Source of the DNA: a virus
Lineage: Duplodnaviria; Heunggongvirae; Uroviricota; Caudoviricetes
Virus record (IMG/VR): IMGVR_UViG_3300028413_000003
Coordinates: 168,465 to 232,464 of that record
DNA: 64,000 nucleotides
Strand: one strand, 5' to 3'
Below, piece by piece: positions 1 through 9,242 of the stretch. Positions within the stretch are counted from its first letter, which is position 1, and the number at the start of each line of letters is the position of its first letter. Below the pieces are notes generated by a model, which worked only from the letters and a program-made list of their open reading frames with translations, made no database searches and was not told the origin of the DNA. A program made the translations under genes and the position numbers.

Positions 1-363
1 CCCCCAAGTAACTCTGTGACTAGCAGGTAATATGCCTGCTAGCTTCGCCCACCAACCAGCAGTTCGTAAACTACCATTGGTAGCAATATTAATGTGTACG
101 TTCCAGTCTGCAAAATGTTTTATAATTTCAAAGAAATCAGGATGTGTAGTAGGTTCGTCTACACTGCCGCAGAAATTAATAATCTGCATGTTTGGAAACA
201 TTGATTTTTGAAATCTAGTTCTTATGGTGTCCAAGTCTAAGTATGTTTTGTTTAATATTTTGTCTGCATGATCGGACAATACACGAAAGCATCCTTTGCA
301 TTGTATGTTACAATAACTTGTAAGTTCGATGTCTATCCACTCTAATGTATCAGTTGACCACAT
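1..363 (-). CDS. Radical SAM protein, 5' part only (runs off window)
   Basis: Not in the ORF track. Manual translation from ATG at 363 gives MWSTDTLEWIDIELTSYCNIQCKGCFR...FCGSVDEPTTHP...IATNGSLRTAGWWAKL, open to base 1. It has the CxxxCxxC motif and the same FCG..(D/E)P / TNG / WW..L pattern as 3961..5034 and 10467..11546. Confidence 0.9.
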   Translation of the reverse strand, partial: MWSTDTLEWIDIELTSYCNIQCKGCFRVLSDHADKILNKTYLDLDTIRTRFQKSMFPNMQIINFCGSVDEPTTHPDFFEIIKHFADWNVHINIATNGSLRTAGWWAKLAGILPASHRVTWG

Positions 364-1628
364 TAGTTATACTCCGTAGGGATTATTGGTGCGGATTTTG
401 GTACAGGTGCTTCGCTATTTTTAAAAACGTCCATATTTACATGACCAGATAACACAGTTTTATAATTCTCAGGATATGCACTCTTTGGAGCGCATAACCC
501 GCAACCACAAGTGTGTTTAGGACAAACAATTGTGGGCATGGTTTTGGTTTCTAGTTGATGTCTTAGTTGTGCAAGAATAGCTGCGCCTTCGCTTATTTTG
601 CCAATAGGGCCGCGTGTTTGGTCAAATTTTGCTTGACATGTTTGGTGATGAAAGACTTGATCGGTTTGCTGCTCAAGATGAAGAAAGAACCAATTGACGC
701 TGCAATGCCACCCCTTGAAGTTTCTAAAGTCTACAAAGGTACTTTTCTTAGATTCTGTTTTGCTGCTCAAGCACATTTCTCTACTACCACAACACGGGCG
801 GCCGATTGCCCATCCGTCTTTTTTAGATGCAGGCTTTTTGACTTGGACTTCTTCTAATTCCTCTTCCACACCTTCTATTTCTACTTCTTCCATTAACTTA
901 GGCAGCTTATCAGTTGATTTGTGCTCTTTGTTTAGTTCTGCATTACGATACTTCCAGTAATTTTTCATAAAGTCTAGTTGTTCGTCAGTGTACTGGTGTG
1001 CAAAGTTGTCTCGACTGCCGGCTTCTTCGCCGATGATTCTAGGTACATATTTTACACCAGCGTCTTCTAGAAAATTACAAAGATCCTTGCATTCGTCAAA
1101 ATGTTGTGCGTGAAACATTACGTTTACATTCATTGTAAAGTTATGCTGTGGGCCAGATTTGTGAAATTGCATAATTCGATCTCGTACTTGCTTTTTGAGC
1201 TTTAGGTCGCTTTCTGCATGATAACTCACAGTGATGTGCTGCAAATTTTCCATTATTCTTGTAGCCATTTTTGCGCCCATTGCACCATTACTGGTTAATG
1301 AAAATCTAGCTCGCCATTTATCTTTATACTTATTAGCATGCTCTTCTTTTAAGTATTGAATAAATGTTATAAAGTTAGGGTTTACTGTGGGTTCTCCGCC
1401 TGTAAAACTAATAGTGGATGATTTGTGATCTCTGTGTTCCATGTATGTATCAATATATTCAAACACAAAGTTGGCGTTATTTTTTAATTCATCTAATGTA
1501 GCATGGGCACTAAAGTTGTCATGTCGATAAACGGGGCAATAACTACAATCATAATTACAGCGTCGCCCTAAATCCCATGTAACCTGAAAAGCATTTCCAG
1601 TTAGCAAGTCTACTGTATCAAAACTCAT
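363..1628 (-). CDS. Radical SAM protein with C-terminal Cys-rich auxiliary cluster domain
   Basis: CNYDCSYC, FTGGEPT, TSNG; C-terminal CC/C...CPKHTCGCGLC. Confidence 0.9.
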   Translation of the reverse strand: MSFDTVDLLTGNAFQVTWDLGRRCNYDCSYCPVYRHDNFSAHATLDELKNNANFVFEYIDTYMEHRDHKSSTISFTGGEPTVNPNFITFIQYLKEEHANKYKDKWRARFSLTSNGAMGAKMATRIMENLQHITVSYHAESDLKLKKQVRDRIMQFHKSGPQHNFTMNVNVMFHAQHFDECKDLCNFLEDAGVKYVPRIIGEEAGSRDNFAHQYTDEQLDFMKNYWKYRNAELNKEHKSTDKLPKLMEEVEIEGVEEELEEVQVKKPASKKDGWAIGRPCCGSREMCLSSKTESKKSTFVDFRNFKGWHCSVNWFFLHLEQQTDQVFHHQTCQAKFDQTRGPIGKISEGAAILAQLRHQLETKTMPTIVCPKHTCGCGLCAPKSAYPENYKTVLSGHVNMDVFKNSEAPVPKSAPIIPTEYN

Positions 1629-3031
1629 TTAAATATATCCTTCATTTCTGGAAATGTTTCTGCAAATTTATTGCCGCGTTGGGTGTCACAGAGTTTTAAG
1701 AATTCTTGCATCTCTGGAAGGCGACGACTCCAGTCTTCACTTTCCATAAACTGCAACATACCGTTGAGGCGCTGTATACCGTACTCTGCACTGCGCCATT
1801 GTTCGTAATCAACTTTACCTTTATGCCACTCAGGAATACCTAACTCCCAATTGGCTTCCCACCACGGATACCAAGCTTCGTATTTTTCTCTGCATTCTTG
1901 TTTGAACCATGCGGGCAATGATTTAACATTCAAGTGTGCAGGCCAATATACAAAATGCTGACTAATTCCGCCTGCACCGAACGGCCACATATTAATTTTC
2001 TTAAACCCTTGTTCTAATTTCCATTGTATGAAATCTGGAATATAGTATATGTTCAACGCCTGCACTGCACATGCAATAGTAACTTCGACATTGTCGCTGG
2101 TCTGTGTATCAAGAATGTGAAATACTTCTTCTTGTCGTGTCCATTTGCTAGGATATCGAATGTAGTCGTTCATTTCTTTTATACTATCTATCGAGTAATG
2201 AAAGCGTACAATTTTGAATTCCTTCCATAGCTCAAATAAATCAGGTCTCCACTCAACTCCATTTGAGTTATAACGTAACTCGAGATTCTTAGCATAGCCC
2301 ATTTTGATAGCGTGCTCGAGTATTTCATAATGTTCCTCAATAATCAAGCTTTCGCCACCTGCGAAATAAATTTGTTGCATGGTTGCCATTTGCTCGTAAA
2401 ACTGTGTCCAAAACGTTGGATTTTGTTTGTGCCAGTTGTAGCTCGATCCGTTTGTGCTTCCTTTATCTTGCCACTGCATAATCTCTTTGAGACTTTCATT
2501 TTTAACGGCTGGGAATATGGACTTATAATCTTTTATCCATCCGCTACTGTCATGGGGACTACACATAACACATGCCAACTGGCATTTAGTGCCAAATCGT
2601 AAGTCTATATATGCTAGATTTGGCGGAACTTCGCCGTCCTCTGTAGTGTCTGCTAGTATCTTCTCAAGGTCGACTCGTTTGCTCCAGTAATTGGTTTCCC
2701 ACTGCCGTTTACTACGATGTCCAGCTGCTTCTTCTTTGAAGCATTTTAAACAACTAGGAGGCTTTTCTCCGTTGAGCATTTGCTTGCGGACGTTTTTCAT
2801 ATAGTTGCTGTTCCAAGCAGTCTTAAAATCACTTACATTTAAGTTGTTTGGCTTACCGTCGTCTGTTTTAAGAATTCCCACTTGCCCACCGTGTTCTGTG
2901 TCGTTTGTTGGGCCAACACTACTAGCGTTGGCAGTGCAACAAACTCTGAGACTTCCGTCAGGGCGGGTAGATAAATGCATCCAAGGTAAGATACAAAATG
3001 TTTCTGACGGAGGAGTAATTTTATCTGTCAT
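1625..3031 (-). CDS. Twitch/SPASM-domain radical SAM protein (auxiliary domain N-terminal)
   Basis: N-terminal CILPW..G...VCC...W.S...R......CLKC; core CQLACVMC, FAGGESL, YNSNG. Confidence 0.9.
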   Translation of the reverse strand: MTDKITPPSETFCILPWMHLSTRPDGSLRVCCTANASSVGPTNDTEHGGQVGILKTDDGKPNNLNVSDFKTAWNSNYMKNVRKQMLNGEKPPSCLKCFKEEAAGHRSKRQWETNYWSKRVDLEKILADTTEDGEVPPNLAYIDLRFGTKCQLACVMCSPHDSSGWIKDYKSIFPAVKNESLKEIMQWQDKGSTNGSSYNWHKQNPTFWTQFYEQMATMQQIYFAGGESLIIEEHYEILEHAIKMGYAKNLELRYNSNGVEWRPDLFELWKEFKIVRFHYSIDSIKEMNDYIRYPSKWTRQEEVFHILDTQTSDNVEVTIACAVQALNIYYIPDFIQWKLEQGFKKINMWPFGAGGISQHFVYWPAHLNVKSLPAWFKQECREKYEAWYPWWEANWELGIPEWHKGKVDYEQWRSAEYGIQRLNGMLQFMESEDWSRRLPEMQEFLKLCDTQRGNKFAETFPEMKDIFK

Positions 3032-3881
3032 GTAACCCTACTTTTTCTATTGCCCAGTTGCGCTCGACACACCAAAAACACTTACCACATTCTGGTATGT
3101 GTGCGTCAGGATTTTGAGTGTACCATGTAAAGTTCATTCCTGATGACAGGTAAGTATTGCTATCGCCTTCGCAACTTCTAGTGATATACAATAATTCGAG
3201 TATATCGTGATTCACGTATTGCCGAATTACCCAATCTTTTTCTGTTAATCGAAGAGGTGTAAGACTCCATGATGTAGTATCGTCTGCTATATATGCAAGA
3301 GAGTTTAGAGATTGTTCGATGTTGTCTCGATTCATCATCCTATCGAAAATTTCATACCCTACCGTTGGATTTTTAGTAGTAGCATTGTAACATGCATTAT
3401 ACTGATGTGTCACTGCTAGATACTTATTAAACGATCCAACCATAATCTGATCCATTGATCGGCCATTATGAATATTGCCAATTGCGCCGTGTTCGAGCTC
3501 AGGAGGCAAATAAGTCACTACTTGATGTGTAATTATGTCAGGAAATCTATTTTTGAGCCACTTATAAACGTTAGTCGATACAGTAGATTGCCACGGTCGG
3601 GTAAACCAATTGCGTACAAATGTAATTATCTCAATTTTGCAGTTGTAATTATTATCTTTAATGGTTGTGGCCATCAAAAATGCCATTATGGCACTATCGG
3701 CGCCGCCGCTGAGATTGATTCCCACCTTTGTCCATTCTGGATTCATCGGAATTACAACATTATCAAAGTTGTGGGCCTTTAATCCAATTTTGTTAAGTGT
3801 ATCAGGGGTTGCACCAGTAGCGGCATTTGCCCATGCATACGAACTGTTGTACTCAGCTGAATTGTATAATGATTGATTCAT
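3021..3881 (-). CDS. QueC-like PP-loop ATPase (adenylating enzyme)
   Basis: PP-loop INLSGGADS and C-terminal Zn motif SC...CGKCFWCVER, as in the QueC family. Substrate unknown. Confidence 0.7.
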   Translation of the reverse strand: MNQSLYNSAEYNSSYAWANAATGATPDTLNKIGLKAHNFDNVVIPMNPEWTKVGINLSGGADSAIMAFLMATTIKDNNYNCKIEIITFVRNWFTRPWQSTVSTNVYKWLKNRFPDIITHQVVTYLPPELEHGAIGNIHNGRSMDQIMVGSFNKYLAVTHQYNACYNATTKNPTVGYEIFDRMMNRDNIEQSLNSLAYIADDTTSWSLTPLRLTEKDWVIRQYVNHDILELLYITRSCEGDSNTYLSSGMNFTWYTQNPDAHIPECGKCFWCVERNWAIEKVGLHDR

Positions 3882-3909
3882 GTTGTTATTTTCCTACTAT
3901 ATTAGTATA

Positions 3910-3917
3910 TATTTATA
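3910..3917 (-). promoter_or_regulatory. T4-type late promoter TATAAATA
   Basis: Exact T4 late consensus on the minus strand, ~30 nt upstream of the QueC-like start. Confidence 0.65.
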
Positions 3918-3960
3918 TACGTATATTTCTGCTGCTGGTAATCTGAACTACAACACAAAA

Positions 3961-5034
3961 TTATTGTTTTATGGTTATTTCATTATGATATGCTTTGTTA
4001 TGAGCGCAAGTTAGTATACACCGTGACAAATGCTGTGCGTGGGCCGGATTCCAACTTTGTTCTAACACTTCAGAAAACCAATCATGAGATAATACGGCGT
4101 CTATATCCTGATCCTTGACACTGTTCCATCCGTTTGTGTATTTTGATAACTTGTCTGTAATTTGATCTCTATTTTTAAACGTGCTGTCCCAAAGAAAGCA
4201 ACATGGCCAAACTTCAAGCTGGGCACTAATAAATATTTCGGCTTCGTGTACATATTTGCAAGTGATCGACGAAACCACTCGTTGTGTTTGGTAGCTATCG
4301 TTATTTTTATAGTTTTCAATAAATTCAGCAAGTTCATAAACCTGTTGTTTTTTAGTATGTTCTTTTTTGCCAGAGGTTGTAATTACACTTTGTTCAGTAA
4401 CTAGTTTTTTTGTATTAGCATCTCGTTTCTTTATAATAGAAACCCAGTCGTGGTAACTGTTTCTCATTCCAGTTCTAGTTGCAAACTTGAACCCCAGCGA
4501 CTTAGCATGCGCCTCAGCAGCAGGCAACTCATACTCATTGTGATCAAATACAATAAATATCCAAGTTGCAGCAGAGTGGCCAGCGCCGCCGGCTCGGTAT
4601 GCTTGCATATTACGGTCGATTACTTTAAAGTTGGTGTTTACCCTATAGACGTGATTGGTTTCTCTGTGGCCGTCGATGCAAAAGTTGATCTCGACATTCT
4701 TTGTTTCTTTGCTCAACTCGCCAAGTCGGTGCCACCACGTTGCTGTTTGATAACCGCCATTGGTGCTCAATTGACAAAATCCGCCGTTGGTGGACAGATA
4801 TTCTACCATATCGACACATTCTATGTTGAGTGCCGGGTCGCCAAGCACTCCGCAGAATTTAAATTGCTTGCCTGCAATATATTCTCGCGAAGGAAACAAT
4901 CGCTTTATATCAGCAAGTCCAAACCCAGTGACTAAAAATTTACCAAAATTCTGCGTTCTTGCACAACCAGGGCAAGCTGCATTACAATCACTTGTAATTT
5001 CTAATTCGACTTTTTTGATGTTTAATAAGTTCAT
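3961..5034 (-). CDS. Radical SAM/SPASM-like protein
   Basis: CNAACPGC, FCGVLGDP, STNG, C-terminal C...PCC...C..TC; paralog of 10467..11546. Confidence 0.9.
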   Translation of the reverse strand: MNLLNIKKVELEITSDCNAACPGCARTQNFGKFLVTGFGLADIKRLFPSREYIAGKQFKFCGVLGDPALNIECVDMVEYLSTNGGFCQLSTNGGYQTATWWHRLGELSKETKNVEINFCIDGHRETNHVYRVNTNFKVIDRNMQAYRAGGAGHSAATWIFIVFDHNEYELPAAEAHAKSLGFKFATRTGMRNSYHDWVSIIKKRDANTKKLVTEQSVITTSGKKEHTKKQQVYELAEFIENYKNNDSYQTQRVVSSITCKYVHEAEIFISAQLEVWPCCFLWDSTFKNRDQITDKLSKYTNGWNSVKDQDIDAVLSHDWFSEVLEQSWNPAHAQHLSRCILTCAHNKAYHNEITIKQ

Positions 5035-5040
5035 ATTTGG

Positions 5041-5577
5041 TTACTTAACTGAAGTCCTTGCATAATATGTTTGTAGATTGGACATTAAATTTATCTGAGT
5101 CATATAATACTTTTCAGTATATTCTAAATTTTGTACAAATGTAAACGATTCAGGATCTATTATCTTAACTTCGTTCGAAGTTGTTAGCACAATATTGCTT
5201 AGACTTAAATCACAGTTTACAAAAAATGTGTTGTTTTTTAACTTTTTAGATTCCTGCATTGATTGACTCCAAGTATTATTTATAGTGATAATTATATCAC
5301 AAATTAAGTCTTTGGTAATCAAGTGATAGTATTCTTCTCTTTTCAAAACACTTTCAATAGTATCAACAATATCTAAAAATTCCATGGTATATGTTTCATG
5401 GTCAACCAACCCAAGTACCTTTACCAATGCAGGATTAGATTTTGACAAGTTAGAGTAATGTTTTAACCATTGTTGATTAATTGGCTGGAAGTTGGTGTTG
5501 CGTACTGTTTTAAAGACAATATCATCTTTAAACTCGATCTTCGAGTATCTGTCTATCATTGGTATTATTTCTCTCAA
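5041..5577 (-). CDS. Protein-kinase-like/aminoglycoside-phosphotransferase-fold protein
   Basis: VFK, YTMEFL, catalytic-loop-like NCDLSLSNIV and IIDP motif. Confidence 0.55.
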   Translation of the reverse strand: MREIIPMIDRYSKIEFKDDIVFKTVRNTNFQPINQQWLKHYSNLSKSNPALVKVLGLVDHETYTMEFLDIVDTIESVLKREEYYHLITKDLICDIIITINNTWSQSMQESKKLKNNTFFVNCDLSLSNIVLTTSNEVKIIDPESFTFVQNLEYTEKYYMTQINLMSNLQTYYARTSVK

Positions 5578-5592
5578 TACTTATATTAGTCT

Positions 5593-5628
5593 ATTGTAGC
5601 ACACATTATTTCAATTGTCTAGTATTTA
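5593..5628 (-). promoter_or_regulatory. Sigma70-like promoter (TAGACA-17-TACAAT) with adjacent late-type TAAATA
   Basis: Minus strand: -35 at 5616-5621, -10 at 5593-5598, TAAATA at 5623-5628. Confidence 0.5.
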
Positions 5629-6228
5629 GGCAAAGTATTTGTTTATTAAATATTCTGCAAAAAGTTTTTGACTTTTGGGCCCAGGGTGAGAGTTGTCTAG
5701 CGCTCTGTCTACTTTAAAAGATTGCAGGTTTTTATCTGACATAGTAATTGACCGGTCAATGTTTAAAGTTTTTGGATGTGCGTCTACCGGTAATATATTG
5801 TATGTTTTAATACCGAGTGATCGTAATTTTAAGTTGATGTAATTGATGTACACACAACGCATGATAGTTGAATCCCAATCGTTGTGTAAAAATTTGTAAT
5901 ATGGTTTTGATGGCTTGTCATACTTCCACGTTCCTATCTGAACGTTAGTGTGCTGTTTTATAATGCAATGACGGTCATTATGACTCCACTGTATTACGCA
6001 AATATCAGACAAATCGAAATTAGTATTGTCAGCGATGTGCATAATGTGTTTATCGCCGGCGCCAGGAACAGATAAGTTTACCAGTTTGCGCCTTAAATGA
6101 GTGGCAACTATCTGAGCAAAGCCCAACTTACTAGGTTCATCCAGCGGATGAACACCGTCGGAGTGTATACAATCGGCCAATCCGTGTCCAAAAGTGTATG
6201 AACATCCAATTGTTATTAACTTATTCAT
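5626..6228 (-). CDS. SGNH-hydrolase-like protein (paralog 2)
   Basis: GCSYTFG block I Ser, NLSVPGAG, C-terminal DNSHPG (DxxH); clear paralog of 8643..9242. Confidence 0.7.
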   Translation of the reverse strand: MNKLITIGCSYTFGHGLADCIHSDGVHPLDEPSKLGFAQIVATHLRRKLVNLSVPGAGDKHIMHIADNTNFDLSDICVIQWSHNDRHCIIKQHTNVQIGTWKYDKPSKPYYKFLHNDWDSTIMRCVYINYINLKLRSLGIKTYNILPVDAHPKTLNIDRSITMSDKNLQSFKVDRALDNSHPGPKSQKLFAEYLINKYFA

Positions 6229-6251
6229 ACAAGTATTTATGCCAAGAATTA

Positions 6252-6470
6252 TTACTTAAACTGCGCCGAAAATGGATCAAACTCGGCGCCGCACTTCATA
6301 CTGCATACTTTTAATTTTCCGTCGGCGCAGCTGGGTTTGTTCCAACTTGCTTCTATGTTTTCAAATATGCCAGTATCAAACACAGCTTTTAACCCGTGTA
6401 TCTTGGCATTGACTGCATCCTTGCCGCCGGCTTCATCAATAAAGTCCCATACTTGTTCTACTTTGGGATC
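6252..6470. repeat. 219-bp diverged direct repeat, copy 1 (copy 2 at 10467-10685)
   Basis: Ungapped alignment from the stop codon to GGATC; differences are mostly at third codon positions. Confidence 0.92.
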
Positions 6471-7403
6471 ATTGGTCCAGCACAACACATCAGTATCTTC
6501 TTGTAGGAAGTCGCAGCCCTTGCAGTAAGAAATACTGTCAAAGTCACCTGCATTGTGTTTTTCTCTTAGTTCGGTATAAAGATTGCCTGTCCAAATTTCT
6601 TCAAAGGTTTGACTCGAAAGATGTCCTAGAACACTTTTACTTTCGCTCGGCGGTCCTAGGACCTGACAACACGGAGTTACTGCTGCTGTCATACCGTTAA
6701 CTCCTCCGGCACGAACTGTTAGTTCCTCAGCAGACGGGCGGCCACAACTTCGTTTTTTACCAGAGCGAATGTATTCCGGAGAATGATTTCCACTCCAGTT
6801 GTGCATTTTCCAGATATAAGAAATTACGCCTGTGGGAATAATAAAATTATTTTTATATTGTTCAGCTTCCCATTCTGCATTTTTAGGGTCTAAGATTAGA
6901 TGATAACTCTGAACAGAACATTTAGAATTTACTTCTTTCACGTATGCGGCTGCTTCAGTGGTATTTGACTTTATTAAATCCCAGTTATCTTTACTCATCC
7001 ATTTCTGGTACAATTCTCGATTGTACCCTATTACAGAAAATCTAATAAGCGACAATCCGGCATCAATACAGTCTTTCATGTACTGCCCTGTAAATTTAGC
7101 ACCGTTGCAATATAAGTAAGACTTTAAGCCACGTTTAGTACATGCTGCGATATACTCATGGAGGTCTTTTGCCATAGTCGGTTCGCCTGATCCCTCAAGA
7201 TTAATCACTGGATATCCGTATTTAGGAGTAATTTGATCAAGAATACTTTCAAATTGCCGCAATGGCATTTTTTTTAAAAATTCTTTTTCTCTGCCTTCGG
7301 CGGATCCCTGAGGACACATTTGACAAGTATAATTACAACCTCCAAAGACTTCAATTACTGCGCGTTTTAAATTTAGATGTTCAAGGTCAATACTCATACT
7401 CAA
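6252..7403 (-). CDS. Radical SAM/SPASM protein with a grafted C-terminal tail
   Basis: CNYTCQMC, GSGEP, SPASM C..PCC...C.GC; last 72 aa nearly identical to the C-terminus of 10467..11546. Confidence 0.88.
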   Translation of the reverse strand: MSMSIDLEHLNLKRAVIEVFGGCNYTCQMCPQGSAEGREKEFLKKMPLRQFESILDQITPKYGYPVINLEGSGEPTMAKDLHEYIAACTKRGLKSYLYCNGAKFTGQYMKDCIDAGLSLIRFSVIGYNRELYQKWMSKDNWDLIKSNTTEAAAYVKEVNSKCSVQSYHLILDPKNAEWEAEQYKNNFIIPTGVISYIWKMHNWSGNHSPEYIRSGKKRSCGRPSAEELTVRAGGVNGMTAAVTPCCQVLGPPSESKSVLGHLSSQTFEEIWTGNLYTELREKHNAGDFDSISYCKGCDFLQEDTDVLCWTNDPKVEQVWDFIDEAGGKDAVNAKIHGLKAVFDTGIFENIEASWNKPSCADGKLKVCSMKCGAEFDPFSAQFK

Positions 7404-7415
7404 TATATACCAATG

Positions 7416-8642
7416 CTATTTAAACTGCCTAGTATTACCATAATGAATCACAGTGACATCATCATTGGTATATGTACGCCAAGGATCAACTACAATGCTG
7501 TCATCTGGGATATGACAATACATTTTTTGTGGATTATCGCTGCCCAGATATTTGTATGTAGTGTTTGAATCGTGCGCCAGTAAAAATACACATGGTGTAA
7601 TTGGTGTATACTTGTCGCCTGTTAACGGATCAATATAGATAGGTTTGATTCCTAACTGTTCACAAAAATGCCCCACTAATAAACTGTAACTGCCGTCGAT
7701 ATAAGACACACCGGGTTTGTATGACTTGCCGTGTATTACAATATCCATATTATGGAATTTACTTTGGAACACTAACTGTTTGGCAATATTCTTAGCTTGT
7801 ATGTCACGTGCGTTCATGATAGCGTCAAACATATCATACCCTAGATTTAACTTTTCTGCCATGTAGCGCAATGCAATGTTATCACGGGGATGGCAACCGC
7901 CCCCGTCGCCCATACCAGCAGTCATATACTGCGGGCCTGTAATGCGCATGGTTGACTTGGCCAAGGCTTCTGTTACAATATCTACGTTGATGTTGCCTTG
8001 TGCTTCTGCTACGTCTTGAATCATGTTGACAATGCCAATCTTTGCACTAATCATAGTATTATAGAAAACCTTAATGCACTCGCACTCGTCCCATGTACCA
8101 ATTTCATAACGTGGATTATTTTGCATAATTGTTTTATAAAAATCAACTAACATTTTAGCGTCGCCAGTTTGTGACCCATCTTCTGTGCCGATCATTACCA
8201 TCTCTGGATTAACCATGTCCCATGCTACACTGCCCATTGCAATAAGGTATGGATTGTATATGAACCTAGTGTTGGTAACAATAGGGATAAATTCTCTGCG
8301 CGTTGTGCCTGGTAACACTGTGCTGATCAATACCAGTAATTGGTCCTCGGTCATATGCTTGTTGGCTTCTGCTATCACCGATTTGACAATGTCATAGTTG
8401 AAGTCTTTAGGTGCAAGGTGTGCTGTTGGTGCTCTGCCATCATACTCTGGATCGTGTGGTGTTGGCACTGCAATGAACACAATGTCTTTGTCTTTTACAC
8501 ATTCTTTAATCGAGTTTGCTATTGTTACTACTTCGGAAGTGCATTCAGCAATGTCATATCCTACTACATTGTGTCCACCGTCTGCTATAGCTTCAGCACA
8601 CGGCATTCCCAATTTGCCAATGCCAATGAATCCTATTTTCAT
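7416..8642 (-). CDS. ugd: UDP-glucose/GDP-mannose dehydrogenase family protein
   Basis: GIGKLG Rossmann motif, IAVPTP, STVLPGT, K..YN, catalytic GGGCHPRD. Confidence 0.9.
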   Translation of the reverse strand: MKIGFIGIGKLGMPCAEAIADGGHNVVGYDIAECTSEVVTIANSIKECVKDKDIVFIAVPTPHDPEYDGRAPTAHLAPKDFNYDIVKSVIAEANKHMTEDQLLVLISTVLPGTTRREFIPIVTNTRFIYNPYLIAMGSVAWDMVNPEMVMIGTEDGSQTGDAKMLVDFYKTIMQNNPRYEIGTWDECECIKVFYNTMISAKIGIVNMIQDVAEAQGNINVDIVTEALAKSTMRITGPQYMTAGMGDGGGCHPRDNIALRYMAEKLNLGYDMFDAIMNARDIQAKNIAKQLVFQSKFHNMDIVIHGKSYKPGVSYIDGSYSLLVGHFCEQLGIKPIYIDPLTGDKYTPITPCVFLLAHDSNTTYKYLGSDNPQKMYCHIPDDSIVVDPWRTYTNDDVTVIHYGNTRQFK

Positions 8643-9242
8643 TTAAAAGTACTCCTTTATCAAGTATTCTGCAAAGCGTTTATTGCTTTTTTTTCCTGGA
8701 TGTTGCTTGTCCAATGCACAGTCAACTCTAAAATATTGTAAGTTTTTATCGGACATTTTAACTGACTGATTAATATTCAAATCACACAGGTATGCATCAA
8801 TTGGCAATATGTTATATGTAACAATTCCAAGAGACTGTAACTTTAAGTTAATATAATTAATGTATACATCACGCATAACAGTTGCATCATTCTCGTTGTG
8901 TATGCTTTTATAATACGTTTTAGTTATTTTATTATCCATCCACGGGCCAATCGCAACAGTTTCTTGTTTGTTTAGAATGCAGTAACGGTCATTATGACTC
9001 CACTGTATTAGGCAAATGTCATCCGGATCAAATAAAGTATTATCTACTATATTCATAATTTGTTTATCACCTATGCCGCATTGTGCTAAATTAATTAGAG
9101 ATCTCTCTAAATGATCGGCTACAATCTGAGCATACCCTAACTTACTAGGACAAGGTCCTTGGGCATTACTGTTACTATCTATACAATCGGACAACCCGTG
9201 GCCGTATGTATAAGAGCATCCAACTGTTATTATTCTACTCAT
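8643..9242 (-). CDS. SGNH-hydrolase-like protein (paralog 1)
   Basis: GCSYTYG, NLAQCGIG, QWS, DKQHPG. Confidence 0.7.
   Translation of the reverse strand: MSRIITVGCSYTYGHGLSDCIDSNSNAQGPCPSKLGYAQIVADHLERSLINLAQCGIGDKQIMNIVDNTLFDPDDICLIQWSHNDRYCILNKQETVAIGPWMDNKITKTYYKSIHNENDATVMRDVYINYINLKLQSLGIVTYNILPIDAYLCDLNINQSVKMSDKNLQYFRVDCALDKQHPGKKSNKRFAEYLIKEYF

Noticed and set aside
20-42. Inverted repeat ctagcagg...cctgctag
   Set aside because: Inside a coding frame, no U-tract, single instance; likely chance.
3021-3881. 7-deazaguanine DNA modification cluster
   Set aside because: No FolE, QueD or DpdA visible, and the radical SAMs carry SPASM/twitch-like domains unlike QueE.
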